Source: Nanobdellota archaeon (GTDB lineage: Archaea; Nanobdellota; Nanobdellia; Pacearchaeales; GW2011-AR1). From it: a stretch of 64,000 nt of DNA. A model generated the notes under the pieces. The model was given only the letters and a program-made list of their open reading frames with translations. It did no database searches and was not told the origin of the DNA. Numbering within the stretch: position 1 is the stretch's first letter; every line of letters starts with the position of its first letter. The stretch spans positions 13,879 to 77,878 of the forward strand of contig JBBSWO010000003.1 in assembly GCA_038046245.1 (NCBI GenBank), read 5' to 3'. The position numbers and the translations under genes are program-made. Positions 1 through 9,760 of the stretch are shown piece after piece.

Positions 1-109
1 AATGTTTACGCTTAATGTAAGACTCATGCTTTGCGAAGGAATCTGGAGTTTAAAAATTCACTGTTTTTGTTGGGGAAAAGTTTAAAACATAGGATATTAA
101 GACATATTT

Positions 110-685
110 ATGGATGACGAATTTCAAAGAAATATTGTATTTTACGAACACAAAAGATTAGTCGTTGCAGGAACAACTGGAACTATGGAAGAAAGATTAA
201 TAGAGGTAGAAGATCAAATAATGAAAGGATGTTGGCCCATTGAAGTTGCTCCTAGCAGAATAGAACCAGATAGACTCTTTAAGGCACTTTTCAAATTTAA
301 TCCTAAGACACTTAAGCCTGAATTTGATATAACTATAGATCAATACGATTCTATTCATCAGTCCAACTTTACCAACAATTCAATTGTGGGATATGGTTTA
401 GACAAGCCAAGATTAGCCGAAGCTATTGAAGAAGTGGCAAAAGCTGTTGGATTTGTTTCTTATCCTGTGGAAAAACCAGTTAAAAAAACATGGAGTAGAG
501 AATTTGAAATTGAAAAAGAAGGTTATAAAATGTTGGAAGAATTAGTCAATTTATCAAAAATTCCTATCGAAGATGCTTTTGGATTGGTAAGATATACTCA
601 TTTTCTAATTGCGTATCAAAATATGCCAGAAGTAAAAGCCCAAATACAGGCGGCAGAAAGATTTGGTATATCTTCAGACCGGTGA
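110..685 (+). CDS. hypothetical protein (191 aa)
   Basis: Long ATG-initiated ORF without a competing frame; no family recognised by eye. Confidence 0.45.
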   Translation: MDDEFQRNIVFYEHKRLVVAGTTGTMEERLIEVEDQIMKGCWPIEVAPSRIEPDRLFKALFKFNPKTLKPEFDITIDQYDSIHQSNFTNNSIVGYGLDKPRLAEAIEEVAKAVGFVSYPVEKPVKKTWSREFEIEKEGYKMLEELVNLSKIPIEDAFGLVRYTHFLIAYQNMPEVKAQIQAAERFGISSDR

Positions 686-714
686 TTTGATTTATAAAAT
701 TCTTTGAAAATAAA

Positions 715-796
715 CGCCACCACCAGGAATTGAACCTGGGAGCCCCGAAGGGCGCGGATTAGCAATCCGCTGCAATAACCGCTATGCGATGGTGGC
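715..796 (-). tRNA. tRNA-Ser (anticodon GCU)
   Basis: The reverse complement reads GCCACCA...TGGTGGC+G and folds as a cloverleaf. Anticodon stem GCGGA/TCCGC with loop TTGCTAA. Long variable arm (GCCCTTCGGGGCT) typical of Ser; T-arm GGTTCAATTCC. Confidence 0.9.
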
Positions 797-838
797 TTGA
801 AATTAAACACAAATTATAGCTTATAAGGTTTTTTGTTG

Positions 839-1141
839 TCAGAATTTATACAAAACCTTCTCAAAGTCAACCACTCTATTATTCTCAATTCTGACCCCTT
901 CTTTTTTAAGTAGTTTAATTTTGTTTTCACAGCCAGACGCAAAACCCCCAAGATTCCCGTTAGAATTAACGACTCTATGGCAAGGCACTTCAGGAGCGTA
1001 AGGATTTTTATTCATGGCCGTTCCAACAGCCCTGTAAGCTTTTGTTTTCAAAGCGCGAGCAATTTCTTTGTATGTCGTGACTTTCCCTTTTGGAACTTTC
1101 CGCAGGACAGTGTAACATTTTTCAGAGAAGCTTTTTTCCAT
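839..1141 (-). CDS. ogt: methylated-DNA--protein-cysteine methyltransferase (MGMT/Ogt, single C-terminal domain)
   Basis: Active-site motif VPCHRVV within a ~100 aa protein with the MGMT DNA-binding-domain pattern (KVPKGKVTTYKEIA...NPYAPEVPCHRVVNSNG). The ATG at 1141 is preferred over the TTG at 1150. Confidence 0.8.
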   Translation of the reverse strand: MEKSFSEKCYTVLRKVPKGKVTTYKEIARALKTKAYRAVGTAMNKNPYAPEVPCHRVVNSNGNLGGFASGCENKIKLLKKEGVRIENNRVVDFEKVLYKF

Positions 1142-1172
1142 GCAAAACAATAGAAAGAGGAATTTATAAAAA

Positions 1173-1248
1173 TAGCGGGGGCGGGATTTGAACCACGCGA
1201 CCTCCGGGTTATGGGCCCGGCGAGCACTCCAGGCTGCTCCACCCCGCT
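1173..1248 (-). tRNA. initiator tRNA-Met (anticodon CAU)
   Basis: The reverse complement is AGCGGGG...CCCCGCT+A with an A1:U72 pair. The anticodon stem ends in three G:C pairs (CCGGG/CCCGG) and the loop is CCCATAA. These are the archaeal initiator hallmarks. Confidence 0.9.
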
Positions 1249-1345
1249 GTACATATTTCTGAGATTTTAGGCTCTTTTAAACTTAACTAAATATACCTTC
1301 AAAAAACACAAATCTTTTTTAACTATTTTTGCACTTCTGTTTTTT

Positions 1346-2248
1346 ATGGATGAGAGATATAAATTTGTTAGGGGTGGCCCTTTTGATGGTTTAGACGATT
1401 ATGCTTCTGCACCTGAAATAAACATGAAGAATAAGACATTGGTTTATCCAATTGTACAAAGAGAAGCACAAATATCTTTTCAGGGCTTTTATAGTCAAAG
1501 ACAACTAAATGAAAACTTGGGCTTCTTCTTTGAATTGATCGCCCAAGGAATTTACGGCGGTGAATTGACAAACAGGAATTTCATCAGCCCCCAAATTAAT
1601 TTGTTTACGGGCAGGGAAGAAATAATTTAGCAGGATCTAGTAATTGATGAAAGACATTATAAGGAAGTAAAAGGTTGTGAAACGGGTGAGCCCCTTAAAC
1701 TTCAAATTTTGCAACTTGGTAAATATAGATCAACTTTGCGTTCAATGGTGGTTGAAGGCCATATTCCTGAATTGGAGTTTGAGATATTTAGGCATTGCGT
1801 AAAAGACTTGGATGCGAATTTCAAAACAAAATCACTAGAAGAGTTAACAGCCTCACTTTGTTCGCAGGTTAAATACGGAGTCTCTCTTCCGGCCAGAGTA
1901 ATTTATGAAATATATGCTCATGGGGTAAATTACAGCAATACTTATGTCGCTATGGATAATCAAGAAAATGGTTCTAGAGTTAAGTTCAAATCACGAGGTC
2001 AGAATGATATCATTGCCTATACAGATGAAACTCTGAAAAAACTTGGGTTCAAAAACCCAGAAGAATTTGAAAAAATAAAATATAAATTTCCAAGCGATGT
2101 AACAGTGAATGGAATCCCCGTTGTTCCATTTCCATTTTTAGTAATAAAAGATAAAAAACATGAAGAGTGGACTAAAGCACTGGCAGGTATAAGCCCATCC
2201 GAAGCAGAGTTTATGACTGACTTGATGACATTAGAGCTCCCTTTCTAA
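1346..2248 (+). pseudogene. hypothetical ~300-codon ORF interrupted by one in-frame TAG (1628-1630)
   Basis: ORFs 1346-1630 and 1709-2248 are in the same frame. No other stop lies between 1631 and 2248. The downstream part has no ATG before 1745. Confidence 0.4.
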
Positions 2249-2280
2249 AACTTTAATAACTGACAAATCTTTTTTATGGC

Positions 2281-3471
2281 ATGCTAAAGAGGCCTATAGC
2301 TTTTGGAAAAAGAGAGCCGATAAAAAAATTAGGTTTCGTGATTTTTATTTTGACTATAGCGTTTGCTTTGACAAGCAGCGTCATGGCTTTGTACATAAAT
2401 TCGTTTTTACACAGTGAAGCAAAAGTCGGGCTGACATTTTCTTTTTTGATAGTGGTATCTTTTCTCTCTTTCTTTTTGATAATTCCTATTATTGAATCTT
2501 CCGACAAATATAGCTTGACGATAAAATCATTAATATTTTCAGTTGTTGGTTATTTCTTATATTACTTCATAGGAAATTTTTATTTATTTTTGGCTTTGGC
2601 AGCTATAATCTCTGTAATATCCACAGTAAGAATATCCGCAATGGGTCTGCTAGTCAAGGAAAATTCCAAAAGAAAAACTCTCTCAAAAAATGAAGGCTAC
2701 ATCTACTCTCTTTCAAACCTATCTTTCACAATAGGTTCCCTGCTGATTATCCCCCTGATCTTTTATCTTGGCCTAAGATCTGTTTTCCTTGCAGCTTCTT
2801 TAGTAATACTTATCTCAATGTTGTTGATTCATTTTTTAAAAATTAATCATGGCGGAAGAAAGAAAAGAGTTGATGGGAACGTTTTCAAAAATTTCGTCGC
2901 TTTTTTCAAGGATAAGGCAAGAGTTAAGTCATATCTTTTAAGGGCGGGTGTAACATTTTGGTGGTCATTGTCTTATGTCTATCTTCCTTTGCTCATAATA
3001 AAAAAGCTTCCAGAATTTTGGGTGGGAGTGTTTTTGGCTGCAATAACAATTCCTTTGATATTTTTAGAATATCCATTCGGAAAAATGGCCGGAAGACTAG
3101 GCTACAAGAAATTTTTCTTTTTAGGATTTTTAATCCCAGCAATAATGTCTCTGCTTTGCTTTATCTTTTACCAGAACATATTCTTCATAATGGGCGCAAT
3201 CACTTTAGCAAGCGTAGGCCTTGCTATGTTGGAACCAAACACAGAATCATATTTCTTTGATATTGTCAAAGGAAAAGAGCATCTTAGGTTTTATTCAGCT
3301 CACAACACTTCCCTAGAAATAGGCCATCTTGCCGGTCAATTCATTCCGGCTCTTGTCCTGTTGCTTCTCCCTCTTAAGTTCGTTTTCCTTGTTTTTGGAA
3401 TCGGAACATTGCTGCTTTCTTTCCTGGCATTAAGTATAAAAAATATAAAAGAATCAAGAAGAAAATCCTAA
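2281..3471 (+). CDS. multi-pass membrane transporter, MFS-like
   Basis: 396 aa with about 10-12 hydrophobic helices in two halves separated by a basic loop (HGGRKKRVDG). This is MFS-like topology; the family was not verified. Confidence 0.5.
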   Translation: MLKRPIAFGKREPIKKLGFVIFILTIAFALTSSVMALYINSFLHSEAKVGLTFSFLIVVSFLSFFLIIPIIESSDKYSLTIKSLIFSVVGYFLYYFIGNFYLFLALAAIISVISTVRISAMGLLVKENSKRKTLSKNEGYIYSLSNLSFTIGSLLIIPLIFYLGLRSVFLAASLVILISMLLIHFLKINHGGRKKRVDGNVFKNFVAFFKDKARVKSYLLRAGVTFWWSLSYVYLPLLIIKKLPEFWVGVFLAAITIPLIFLEYPFGKMAGRLGYKKFFFLGFLIPAIMSLLCFIFYQNIFFIMGAITLASVGLAMLEPNTESYFFDIVKGKEHLRFYSAHNTSLEIGHLAGQFIPALVLLLLPLKFVFLVFGIGTLLLSFLALSIKNIKESRRKS

Positions 3472-3481
3472 CTATTAATAA

Positions 3482-3682
3482 TTAGAATTTCTTATGTTTT
3501 TGGTAACAATCTTTGCAATAAACTGGTTTTCCTTCTGTTGGTTTGAAAGGAACTTCACAATCTTGCTTACATTCAGAGCAGACAGCTTTGTGCATTTCTC
3601 TTGGGCCAAAACTTCCGCCGAATCCGCCACTTCTGCTACCGCCGCCGAATCTTCCCTTACTTCGATTATCGAATCTATCCAT
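3482..3682 (-). CDS. small zinc-ribbon protein, CxxC-x17-CxxC type with an RGG-rich N-terminus
   Basis: CSECKQDCEVPFKPTEGKPVYCKDC gives two CxxC pairs 17 residues apart. It is preceded by a GRFGGGSRSGGFGGSFG tract. Confidence 0.7.
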   Translation of the reverse strand: MDRFDNRSKGRFGGGSRSGGFGGSFGPREMHKAVCSECKQDCEVPFKPTEGKPVYCKDCYQKHKKF

Positions 3683-3779
3683 TTTTAACTCCTGTTGTTT
3701 TATTTGTTTAAGAACTAGTCTTAAAGTTAAGACAGAAAAATATCTCGGGTTTAAAAATGTTTGTAGAGGGGTTTTTTCC

Positions 3780-4691
3780 CTAAATATTAGTCTGAATAGG
3801 CATTTCTCTTAGTCTCTTGTTTTTCATGTACTTAGCAAATAAAAATATCCCAATTATAGCAAACAATCCTAAAGTTATGTAGACGGCCACTTTTACTGTT
3901 CTTGTTGTGCTATCTTCTACACTCACGGCTTTTTGTGCACTGCCATTTGTCTCAGTAGCGTTTTGAGATGAATTAATATTCGAATCATTGGTGTTGGAGT
4001 TCAAACCGGTATCCGACGCATTCAACGTCTGATTGTTGACTGAAGCATTTGTTGCGTTGACTGTGTTTTGCGTTTGGACGGGCACATCTGCAACAAAATT
4101 TATTACTGCGCTTTCATTCACGCATTTGCTAATATCAATGATGGCGCTGCTTTGAGATGCAGAAAACAGTTGCAAAACGAATTTTTGATTATTAAAAGTT
4201 ATGATGGTGGCATTGGAATTTGGCAGAATAAGCTCATCTTTTCCAACCATGACAGTCACGCTTCCTGTTCCAGGAAAATCTCCAGTAGATTTTGCAAGGA
4301 AAACTTTGTAGCCCCCCATAGTTGCTATTTCTCCAACGTCAACCGCTTTTGTTTCTGAATTTATCTGAATAGCCGCATAACTGAATGTTGAATTCACTAG
4401 GCTGACATTATATTTTGTTAAATCAACAAATTCTCCTTCAACTATGCTATTATCTGTAAGTGTAAAACTTCTTGAGTCTAACAGCAATCTTGCCTCCATT
4501 TGTTTTATTACTGGAGTTTCTATTCCTCTCGTCAGTCCAGCGTAAACCCCATTCAAATTTCTGCTCTTCCATAAATCTATCTCTTCCCTGCTTTTTGAAA
4601 GATTGTTTCCATCAGAACAGACATAAGAAGCTGAAGCAAAACTTGCAGTAAGTACTAAAATTATTGCAAGAATATAAACCCCTTTTTTCAT
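3780..4691 (-). CDS. secreted, C-terminally membrane-anchored surface protein (Asn/Ser/Thr-rich stalk)
   Basis: N-terminal signal peptide (MKKGVYILAIILVLTASFASA). Many N-x-S/T sequons in an NATNASVNNQTLNAS tract. C-terminal TM helix plus basic tail. Confidence 0.6.
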   Translation of the reverse strand: MKKGVYILAIILVLTASFASASYVCSDGNNLSKSREEIDLWKSRNLNGVYAGLTRGIETPVIKQMEARLLLDSRSFTLTDNSIVEGEFVDLTKYNVSLVNSTFSYAAIQINSETKAVDVGEIATMGGYKVFLAKSTGDFPGTGSVTVMVGKDELILPNSNATIITFNNQKFVLQLFSASQSSAIIDISKCVNESAVINFVADVPVQTQNTVNATNASVNNQTLNASDTGLNSNTNDSNINSSQNATETNGSAQKAVSVEDSTTRTVKVAVYITLGLFAIIGIFLFAKYMKNKRLREMPIQTNI

Positions 4692-4741
4692 GACTGAATT
4701 AGTGAATTGGGGTTAAAAAATGTGACGATTGAAACAAAACT

Positions 4742-5881
4742 TTAATCTAAGAGCCCAACCAACTCTCCTTCTTCCATCAGCATGACTTCCTTGCCCAAAA
4801 TTTTTAAAACAGCTGTAGGATTTCTCATGACGTTATCGTAATGTGTGGATGCCTCAGCATCGTTGTCATAATTACTTCCAAATGCAAGATGTATTGTTCC
4901 CCTTACTTTTTCCGCTTCTAACATACTGTCTACTAATCTTGCTTTTTCATTAAGACCAATTCCTAGCTCTCCAATATGAAGACTATTTTTGATAAATCCT
5001 TCTGGCTTTCCTAACTCTCTTGATTTTGCCATTCCCATTTCTAAAGATTCTCTGACTTTTGATGCTTCTTCTCCAGCACCGCTAACTGATTCAAGTTGAA
5101 CATATCCTCCTTTAATACCCATCTGCACTGGATTTTTAACAATTATCGCTCTATCGTAAGCAGAAATAACTCCATCAAAAACAACAATACCTTCTGCAGT
5201 CTCATTGACTGGAGAAATAAAAGCTTCTCCTGCAGGAATATTGCCTCCTTTTACACCCTTTGAGCGATAGTTTCCATCATCTTTGAAAGCAACTCTACCT
5301 TCAAGATTAATTGTTAAATCGGTTCCTGCTTTAGAGGTAATCCTTATTGAGCTCGCATTAGTTAATAATTTATGAATTTTATCCGCATCTTTTTCAAGTT
5401 TAGTATAGTCTATATCTGCTGTTCTTATCCATGAGTCTAATGTTATCCCTGGAGACCAAAAGGCCCTTGAAGTTCCTTCACTTACAAGAACGTGTTGATA
5501 TTCAGATCCCACACCTCCTCTCGGTCCTCTATATACATGTCCTTTTAGTCCAAGCTCATCTTTTCCAAGTTTGTTTTTGCTTATGGATATCCAAACATCA
5601 GGGTTAGAAAAAAATGCCTGCTGAACAGCGAATTCTCTAAAATCTGACTGAGTTTTGGATGGTTGGTATATAATTGTTGGTTTACCTTCGCACTCAATGC
5701 AGGCGTGATAAAGGGAACGTGAAATAGTGTCAACGTCATAATCTGGGTTTGTAATAATTAGGACTGTTTCTTTTTGTTTTAGTCCAACAGACTCAAATAT
5801 AACTTTTCTAGATACTCTTATAGCATTAGCATAGTCTTCTTCAGAAACGGCGGGCAACTTTCCAAAATCAGTTGAGTCCAT
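4742..5881 (-). CDS. aminopeptidase, M29 (AmpS/PepS-like) family
   Basis: 379 aa with blocks resembling the thermophilic metalloprotease M29 family (GGNIPAGEAFISP, HIGELGIGLN, TIHLAFGSNYD). Confidence 0.7.
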   Translation of the reverse strand: MDSTDFGKLPAVSEEDYANAIRVSRKVIFESVGLKQKETVLIITNPDYDVDTISRSLYHACIECEGKPTIIYQPSKTQSDFREFAVQQAFFSNPDVWISISKNKLGKDELGLKGHVYRGPRGGVGSEYQHVLVSEGTSRAFWSPGITLDSWIRTADIDYTKLEKDADKIHKLLTNASSIRITSKAGTDLTINLEGRVAFKDDGNYRSKGVKGGNIPAGEAFISPVNETAEGIVVFDGVISAYDRAIIVKNPVQMGIKGGYVQLESVSGAGEEASKVRESLEMGMAKSRELGKPEGFIKNSLHIGELGIGLNEKARLVDSMLEAEKVRGTIHLAFGSNYDNDAEASTHYDNVMRNPTAVLKILGKEVMLMEEGELVGLLD

Positions 5882-5940
5882 ATCTTTCTGTAATTTAATT
5901 TCTTTAAAAAGATTTATGTTCTAGATAAGTTAAAGTAAAA

Positions 5941-6021
5941 CGCCTACTCCAGGAGTCGAACCTGGGCACCCCGAAGGGTCGGCCTTTCCAGGGCCGTGCA
6001 ATACCGTTATGCGAAGTAGGC
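5941..6021 (-). tRNA. tRNA-Ser (anticodon GGA)
   Basis: The reverse complement is GCCTACT...AGTAGGC+G. Anticodon stem CGGCC/GGCCG with loop CTGGAAA. Long variable arm; T-arm GGTTCGACTCC. Confidence 0.9.
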
Positions 6022-6117
6022 TTGATTAACTTTTATAAATTCAATCTTTTTAAAGTTATTTTAGTACATTTTCTAGAGACTAATTAAGTTTAAAAATGAA
6101 AAGCATTTTTCCCATTT

Positions 6118-6789
6118 ATGTTAACATTAGGAATTGACGATGCGGGCCGGGGTCCTGTCATAGGTCCAATGGTTCTTGCAGGTTGTTTAATCAATGATGA
6201 AGCCTCAAAGGAATTCAAAAAATTAGGCGTTAAGGATAGTAAGCAGTTAACCCAAAAAAGAAGAGAAATTCTTGTTGAGACAATAAAAGAAAAGGCTGAG
6301 ACATTTGAAGTGGTTGTAGTTTACCCCGAGCAGATTGACGGGACAGATGAGTTCAGAATAAATCTTAATGAATTGGAGGCTTTGGCATGTGCGGAAATAA
6401 TCAACAGGATAAACAAAGGATTTTCAAAAATAAAAGTCATTGTTGATTGTCCTTCAACCAATATAACCAAATGGACAGATTTTTTGAAGTCTAAAATAGA
6501 AAACCTTTCAAATTTGGAAATTTCTTGTGAGCACAAGGCAGACGTGAACCACATTTCAGTCTCAGCAGCATCTATAATAGCCAAATCATTAAGGGAAAAA
6601 GAAATGGATGATATAAAGAAAAAATACGGGAGCAAAGTCGGTTCTGGTTATTCTTCAGATCCTCTGACAAAAAAATTCATTGAAAATCATGGCAGTGAGT
6701 TTAAAGATCATGGAATAATAAGGAAAAGCTGGGCAACCTGGAAAAATTCTGTGGCTTTTAAAGAGCAGAAAAAATTGAACGAGTTTTGA
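6118..6789 (+). CDS. rnhB: ribonuclease HII
   Basis: N-terminal GIDDAGRGPVIGPMV catalytic block, DSKQLT, and downstream ADVNHISVSAASIIAK typical of RNase HII. Confidence 0.9.
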   Translation: MLTLGIDDAGRGPVIGPMVLAGCLINDEASKEFKKLGVKDSKQLTQKRREILVETIKEKAETFEVVVVYPEQIDGTDEFRINLNELEALACAEIINRINKGFSKIKVIVDCPSTNITKWTDFLKSKIENLSNLEISCEHKADVNHISVSAASIIAKSLREKEMDDIKKKYGSKVGSGYSSDPLTKKFIENHGSEFKDHGIIRKSWATWKNSVAFKEQKKLNEF

Positions 6790-6865
6790 AGCCGCGTTTA
6801 CACTTCCAAAAAACCTTTAAAAATAAGAGTTATTTCTTCTTATTGTACACTTTGTATATCTTACA

Positions 6866-9730
6866 ATGGCTTACATAAAAAGATTAGTGATGCATGGATT
6901 CAAGAGTTTCCCAAGAAAAATAGAAATACCTTTCACTCAGGGAATTAATGTAGTTCTTGGTCCGAATGGTTCAGGAAAATCAAACATTTCAGATGCTTTA
7001 TGCTTTGCTCTTGGAAGATTAAGCATCAAGTCGATGAGAGCTGAAAAAGCGCACAACTTGATTTTTTTGGGTTCTAAAGTGGCCTCACCTTCCAAAGAAG
7101 CAATTGTCGAAATGGTATTTGATAATTCTGACGAGACATTTTCAATAAATTCCAAAGAAATTTCAATAAAAAGAATTGTAAGAAGGAATGGTCAGAGTAT
7201 CTATAAAATCAATGACGAAACGAAAACCAGGCAGGAAATACTCGCTCTTTTGGCCCAGGCAGGAATAGATCCAAACGGGTTTAACATAATTTTGCAAGGG
7301 GAAATCCAGAATTTTGTAAACATGCACACAGAAGAGAGACGTAAGGTAATCGAGGAAGTTTCAGGAATCTCAGTCTATGAACTTAGAAAAGAAAAATCTC
7401 TTAAGGAACTAGAAAGAACCGAAGAGAAATTGAAAGAGGTCCAGGCGATATTAAGAGAAAGAACTGCTTACTTAGCAAATCTTGAAAAAGAAAGACAGCA
7501 GGCTTTGAAATTTAAAAAGCTCGAGGAGGATATAAAAAAATTCAAGGCAAGTATAATCAACTCTGATCTTGTAAAAAACAAAAAAGAAGTTGAAAGGATA
7601 ACTTCAGAAATTGAAAAGAAAAACAAAGAGCTCGAAAATTCAAGGAAAGCAATATCCGTTCTAAGAGCTTCAATAGATAATTTTCAGTCTAAGATAAGTT
7701 CCATAAATTCTGAAATACAAAAATCGACCGGTTTAGAACAGGAAAGACTGAATCAAGAGATTGCCAATATCCGGGCAGAGATTGCAGGAACTTCGGTAAG
7801 GATAGAAAATTTTGAGAACAAAATTTCAAATATCTTAAAACAAAAGCATGATCTGGAAGAAAGCATAAAAGAAAATGAGTCTTCTATAAAAGATTTGAAA
7901 AAAGATTCTGGAGTTGATGTTGCCAAGGGAAGCCAAAGAGCTTTGGAGGCAAAAAAACGTGAGCTTGAGGTCCTTGAAGACCAAAGAAAAAAATTTTATA
8001 CTTATAAATCAGAGTTTAAGTCAATCAAAGACAGAATAGATGATAAGAAAAGCTTGTTCCAAAGCTACTCGACAGAATCAGATTTCCTTCTAAACCAGAT
8101 GAAATCTTTGTCTCACGAACTTTTTGACAGAAACAGCGACGCCAATTTGCTTTCATCCTTGAGAATATCTCTCTCTGAGAAAAAAACAATGTTAGAGGAA
8201 CTTAATAAAAGGGAAAAAGAACTTGAAAAGTCATCTTCAACAAAAGAGTATGAGATAGAAAAACAGGGCTCTCTGGTGTCAAATATCGCTAAGATGGATG
8301 TCTGTCCGATATGTAAAAGTAAAATTACCAAAGATCATGTTCATAATATAGACAAAGAAGTAAAAGAAAAAATAACTCTCCTTAAAAAACAGATTGAGGA
8401 AGTCGACAAAGAACTTTCAGAAGTTTACAAAAAAAGGGATTTCATAATTAAAGACAGCGAGCAAATTTCCATTGAAACATCCAAAAGAGAAGCTGATTTG
8501 ATAAAGATTTCTTCGATAAACGAAAAAAAAGATCAGGTTAAAGTTCTTCGTGACAAAACAGAGAGTCTGAAGAGTGAGATTACTGAGTTAGAAAAAATAA
8601 GGAAAAGATTAGAGGAGAATATAGAACAAAATTCCAGCATAGAACAGAAATGCGAGACTGCAAGAGTTGAGTTTCAGGAAATATCAATAAGAAGTGATGA
8701 GACAGTAACGTCAGAGATTTCATTTAAACAAAGAGAGCTTGAAAGATCAAAAATCTCTCTTAAGCAGTTGGTAAGGGAAGAATCAGAAATAAGAGAAGAG
8801 CTTGATGCTGTAAAAAAAGATTTGGAAGAAAACGAAGAAATTTTGGCTAAAAAAAGAAAACAGGAAGAAGAGCTTACAAAAAAATTCGAGTCTTTGCTTT
8901 CTCAAAGAGATGAATTGCAAAGAAAGGTTAGAGACACAGAGATTGAAATTTCAAAAAAGCAAAATGATTTGCACAATGTTGAGATAAATATAAATGACTT
9001 TAAAATAGAAAAGGCAAAATTTGATGCAATGGTTGAAAACCTAGAGACGGAAATGCTCGGTTTTCCCGATGTAGAATTAATCAAAGCTCCCAAAGAATCT
9101 CTTTTGTCAAGATTGAGCAGCGCGCAAGACACTCTATCCAATCTTGGAACTGTCAATTTAAGGTCGCTTGAAGTTTATGATTCTGTCAAAAAAGAATACG
9201 ATACTGTCCAGGAAAAAGTTGACATAATAACAAAAGAGAAAGAAGGAGTAATGAGAATAATTCATGAGATTGATGTCAAGAAGAAAAAAACTTTCCTCAA
9301 GACTATTGATTCATTGAACGAAACTGTCTCAAGAAATTTCTCTCAACTAAGTCCTAAGGGAGAGGTTTCACTTGAGTTGGAAAACAGAAAAGAACCTTTT
9401 GAAGGGGGGGTTAATATAATTGTCAAAACCGGACATGGAAAATATTTCGATGTAAAATCTCTTTCGGGGGGAGAACAAACTCTAATTGCACTCTCTTTGA
9501 TATTTGCAATTCAAGAGTATAAGCCTTATTCATTCTATATTCTTGATGAAATTGACGCCGCGTTAGACAAAAGAAACTCAGAGAGACTTGCAGGATTGCT
9601 GAATAAGTACATGCAGAAAGGCCAGTATATAATAATAACTCACAATGATGAGGTTATTTCAAAAGCTACAACTCTTTATGGTGTCAGTATGCATGAAGGA
9701 GTTTCTAAAATAGTGAGCCTTAAATTATAG
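6866..9730 (+). CDS. smc: SMC-family chromosome ATPase (954 aa) with a CPxC motif at the coiled-coil apex
   Basis: The heads are SMC-type: GFKSF and GPNGSGKSN (Walker A) at the N-terminus, LSGGEQTLIALSLIFAIQ (signature) and FYILDEIDAALD (Walker B) at the C-terminus. The middle is ~700 aa of K/E-rich coiled coil. CPIC sits at residues 480-483 (nt 8303-8314). Confidence 0.85.
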   Translation: MAYIKRLVMHGFKSFPRKIEIPFTQGINVVLGPNGSGKSNISDALCFALGRLSIKSMRAEKAHNLIFLGSKVASPSKEAIVEMVFDNSDETFSINSKEISIKRIVRRNGQSIYKINDETKTRQEILALLAQAGIDPNGFNIILQGEIQNFVNMHTEERRKVIEEVSGISVYELRKEKSLKELERTEEKLKEVQAILRERTAYLANLEKERQQALKFKKLEEDIKKFKASIINSDLVKNKKEVERITSEIEKKNKELENSRKAISVLRASIDNFQSKISSINSEIQKSTGLEQERLNQEIANIRAEIAGTSVRIENFENKISNILKQKHDLEESIKENESSIKDLKKDSGVDVAKGSQRALEAKKRELEVLEDQRKKFYTYKSEFKSIKDRIDDKKSLFQSYSTESDFLLNQMKSLSHELFDRNSDANLLSSLRISLSEKKTMLEELNKREKELEKSSSTKEYEIEKQGSLVSNIAKMDVCPICKSKITKDHVHNIDKEVKEKITLLKKQIEEVDKELSEVYKKRDFIIKDSEQISIETSKREADLIKISSINEKKDQVKVLRDKTESLKSEITELEKIRKRLEENIEQNSSIEQKCETARVEFQEISIRSDETVTSEISFKQRELERSKISLKQLVREESEIREELDAVKKDLEENEEILAKKRKQEEELTKKFESLLSQRDELQRKVRDTEIEISKKQNDLHNVEININDFKIEKAKFDAMVENLETEMLGFPDVELIKAPKESLLSRLSSAQDTLSNLGTVNLRSLEVYDSVKKEYDTVQEKVDIITKEKEGVMRIIHEIDVKKKKTFLKTIDSLNETVSRNFSQLSPKGEVSLELENRKEPFEGGVNIIVKTGHGKYFDVKSLSGGEQTLIALSLIFAIQEYKPYSFYILDEIDAALDKRNSERLAGLLNKYMQKGQYIIITHNDEVISKATTLYGVSMHEGVSKIVSLKL

Positions 9731-9760
9731 TCATGACTTCGTAAACTTCGTTTCCGTCGT

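Noticed and set aside
616-1254. ORFs 616-810 and 1048-1254
   Set aside because: They overlap tRNA-Ser(GCU) and initiator tRNA-Met respectively, and start at non-ATG codons. They are spurious.
1628-1630. TAG reassignment (pyrrolysine or an alternative genetic code) as the explanation for the in-frame TAG
   Set aside because: TAG ends ORFs that stop at sensible positions in this window, for example the SMC-like gene at 9728-9730 after its complete conserved C-terminal head block, and also 3780-3782 and 40084-40086. No pyl genes are seen.
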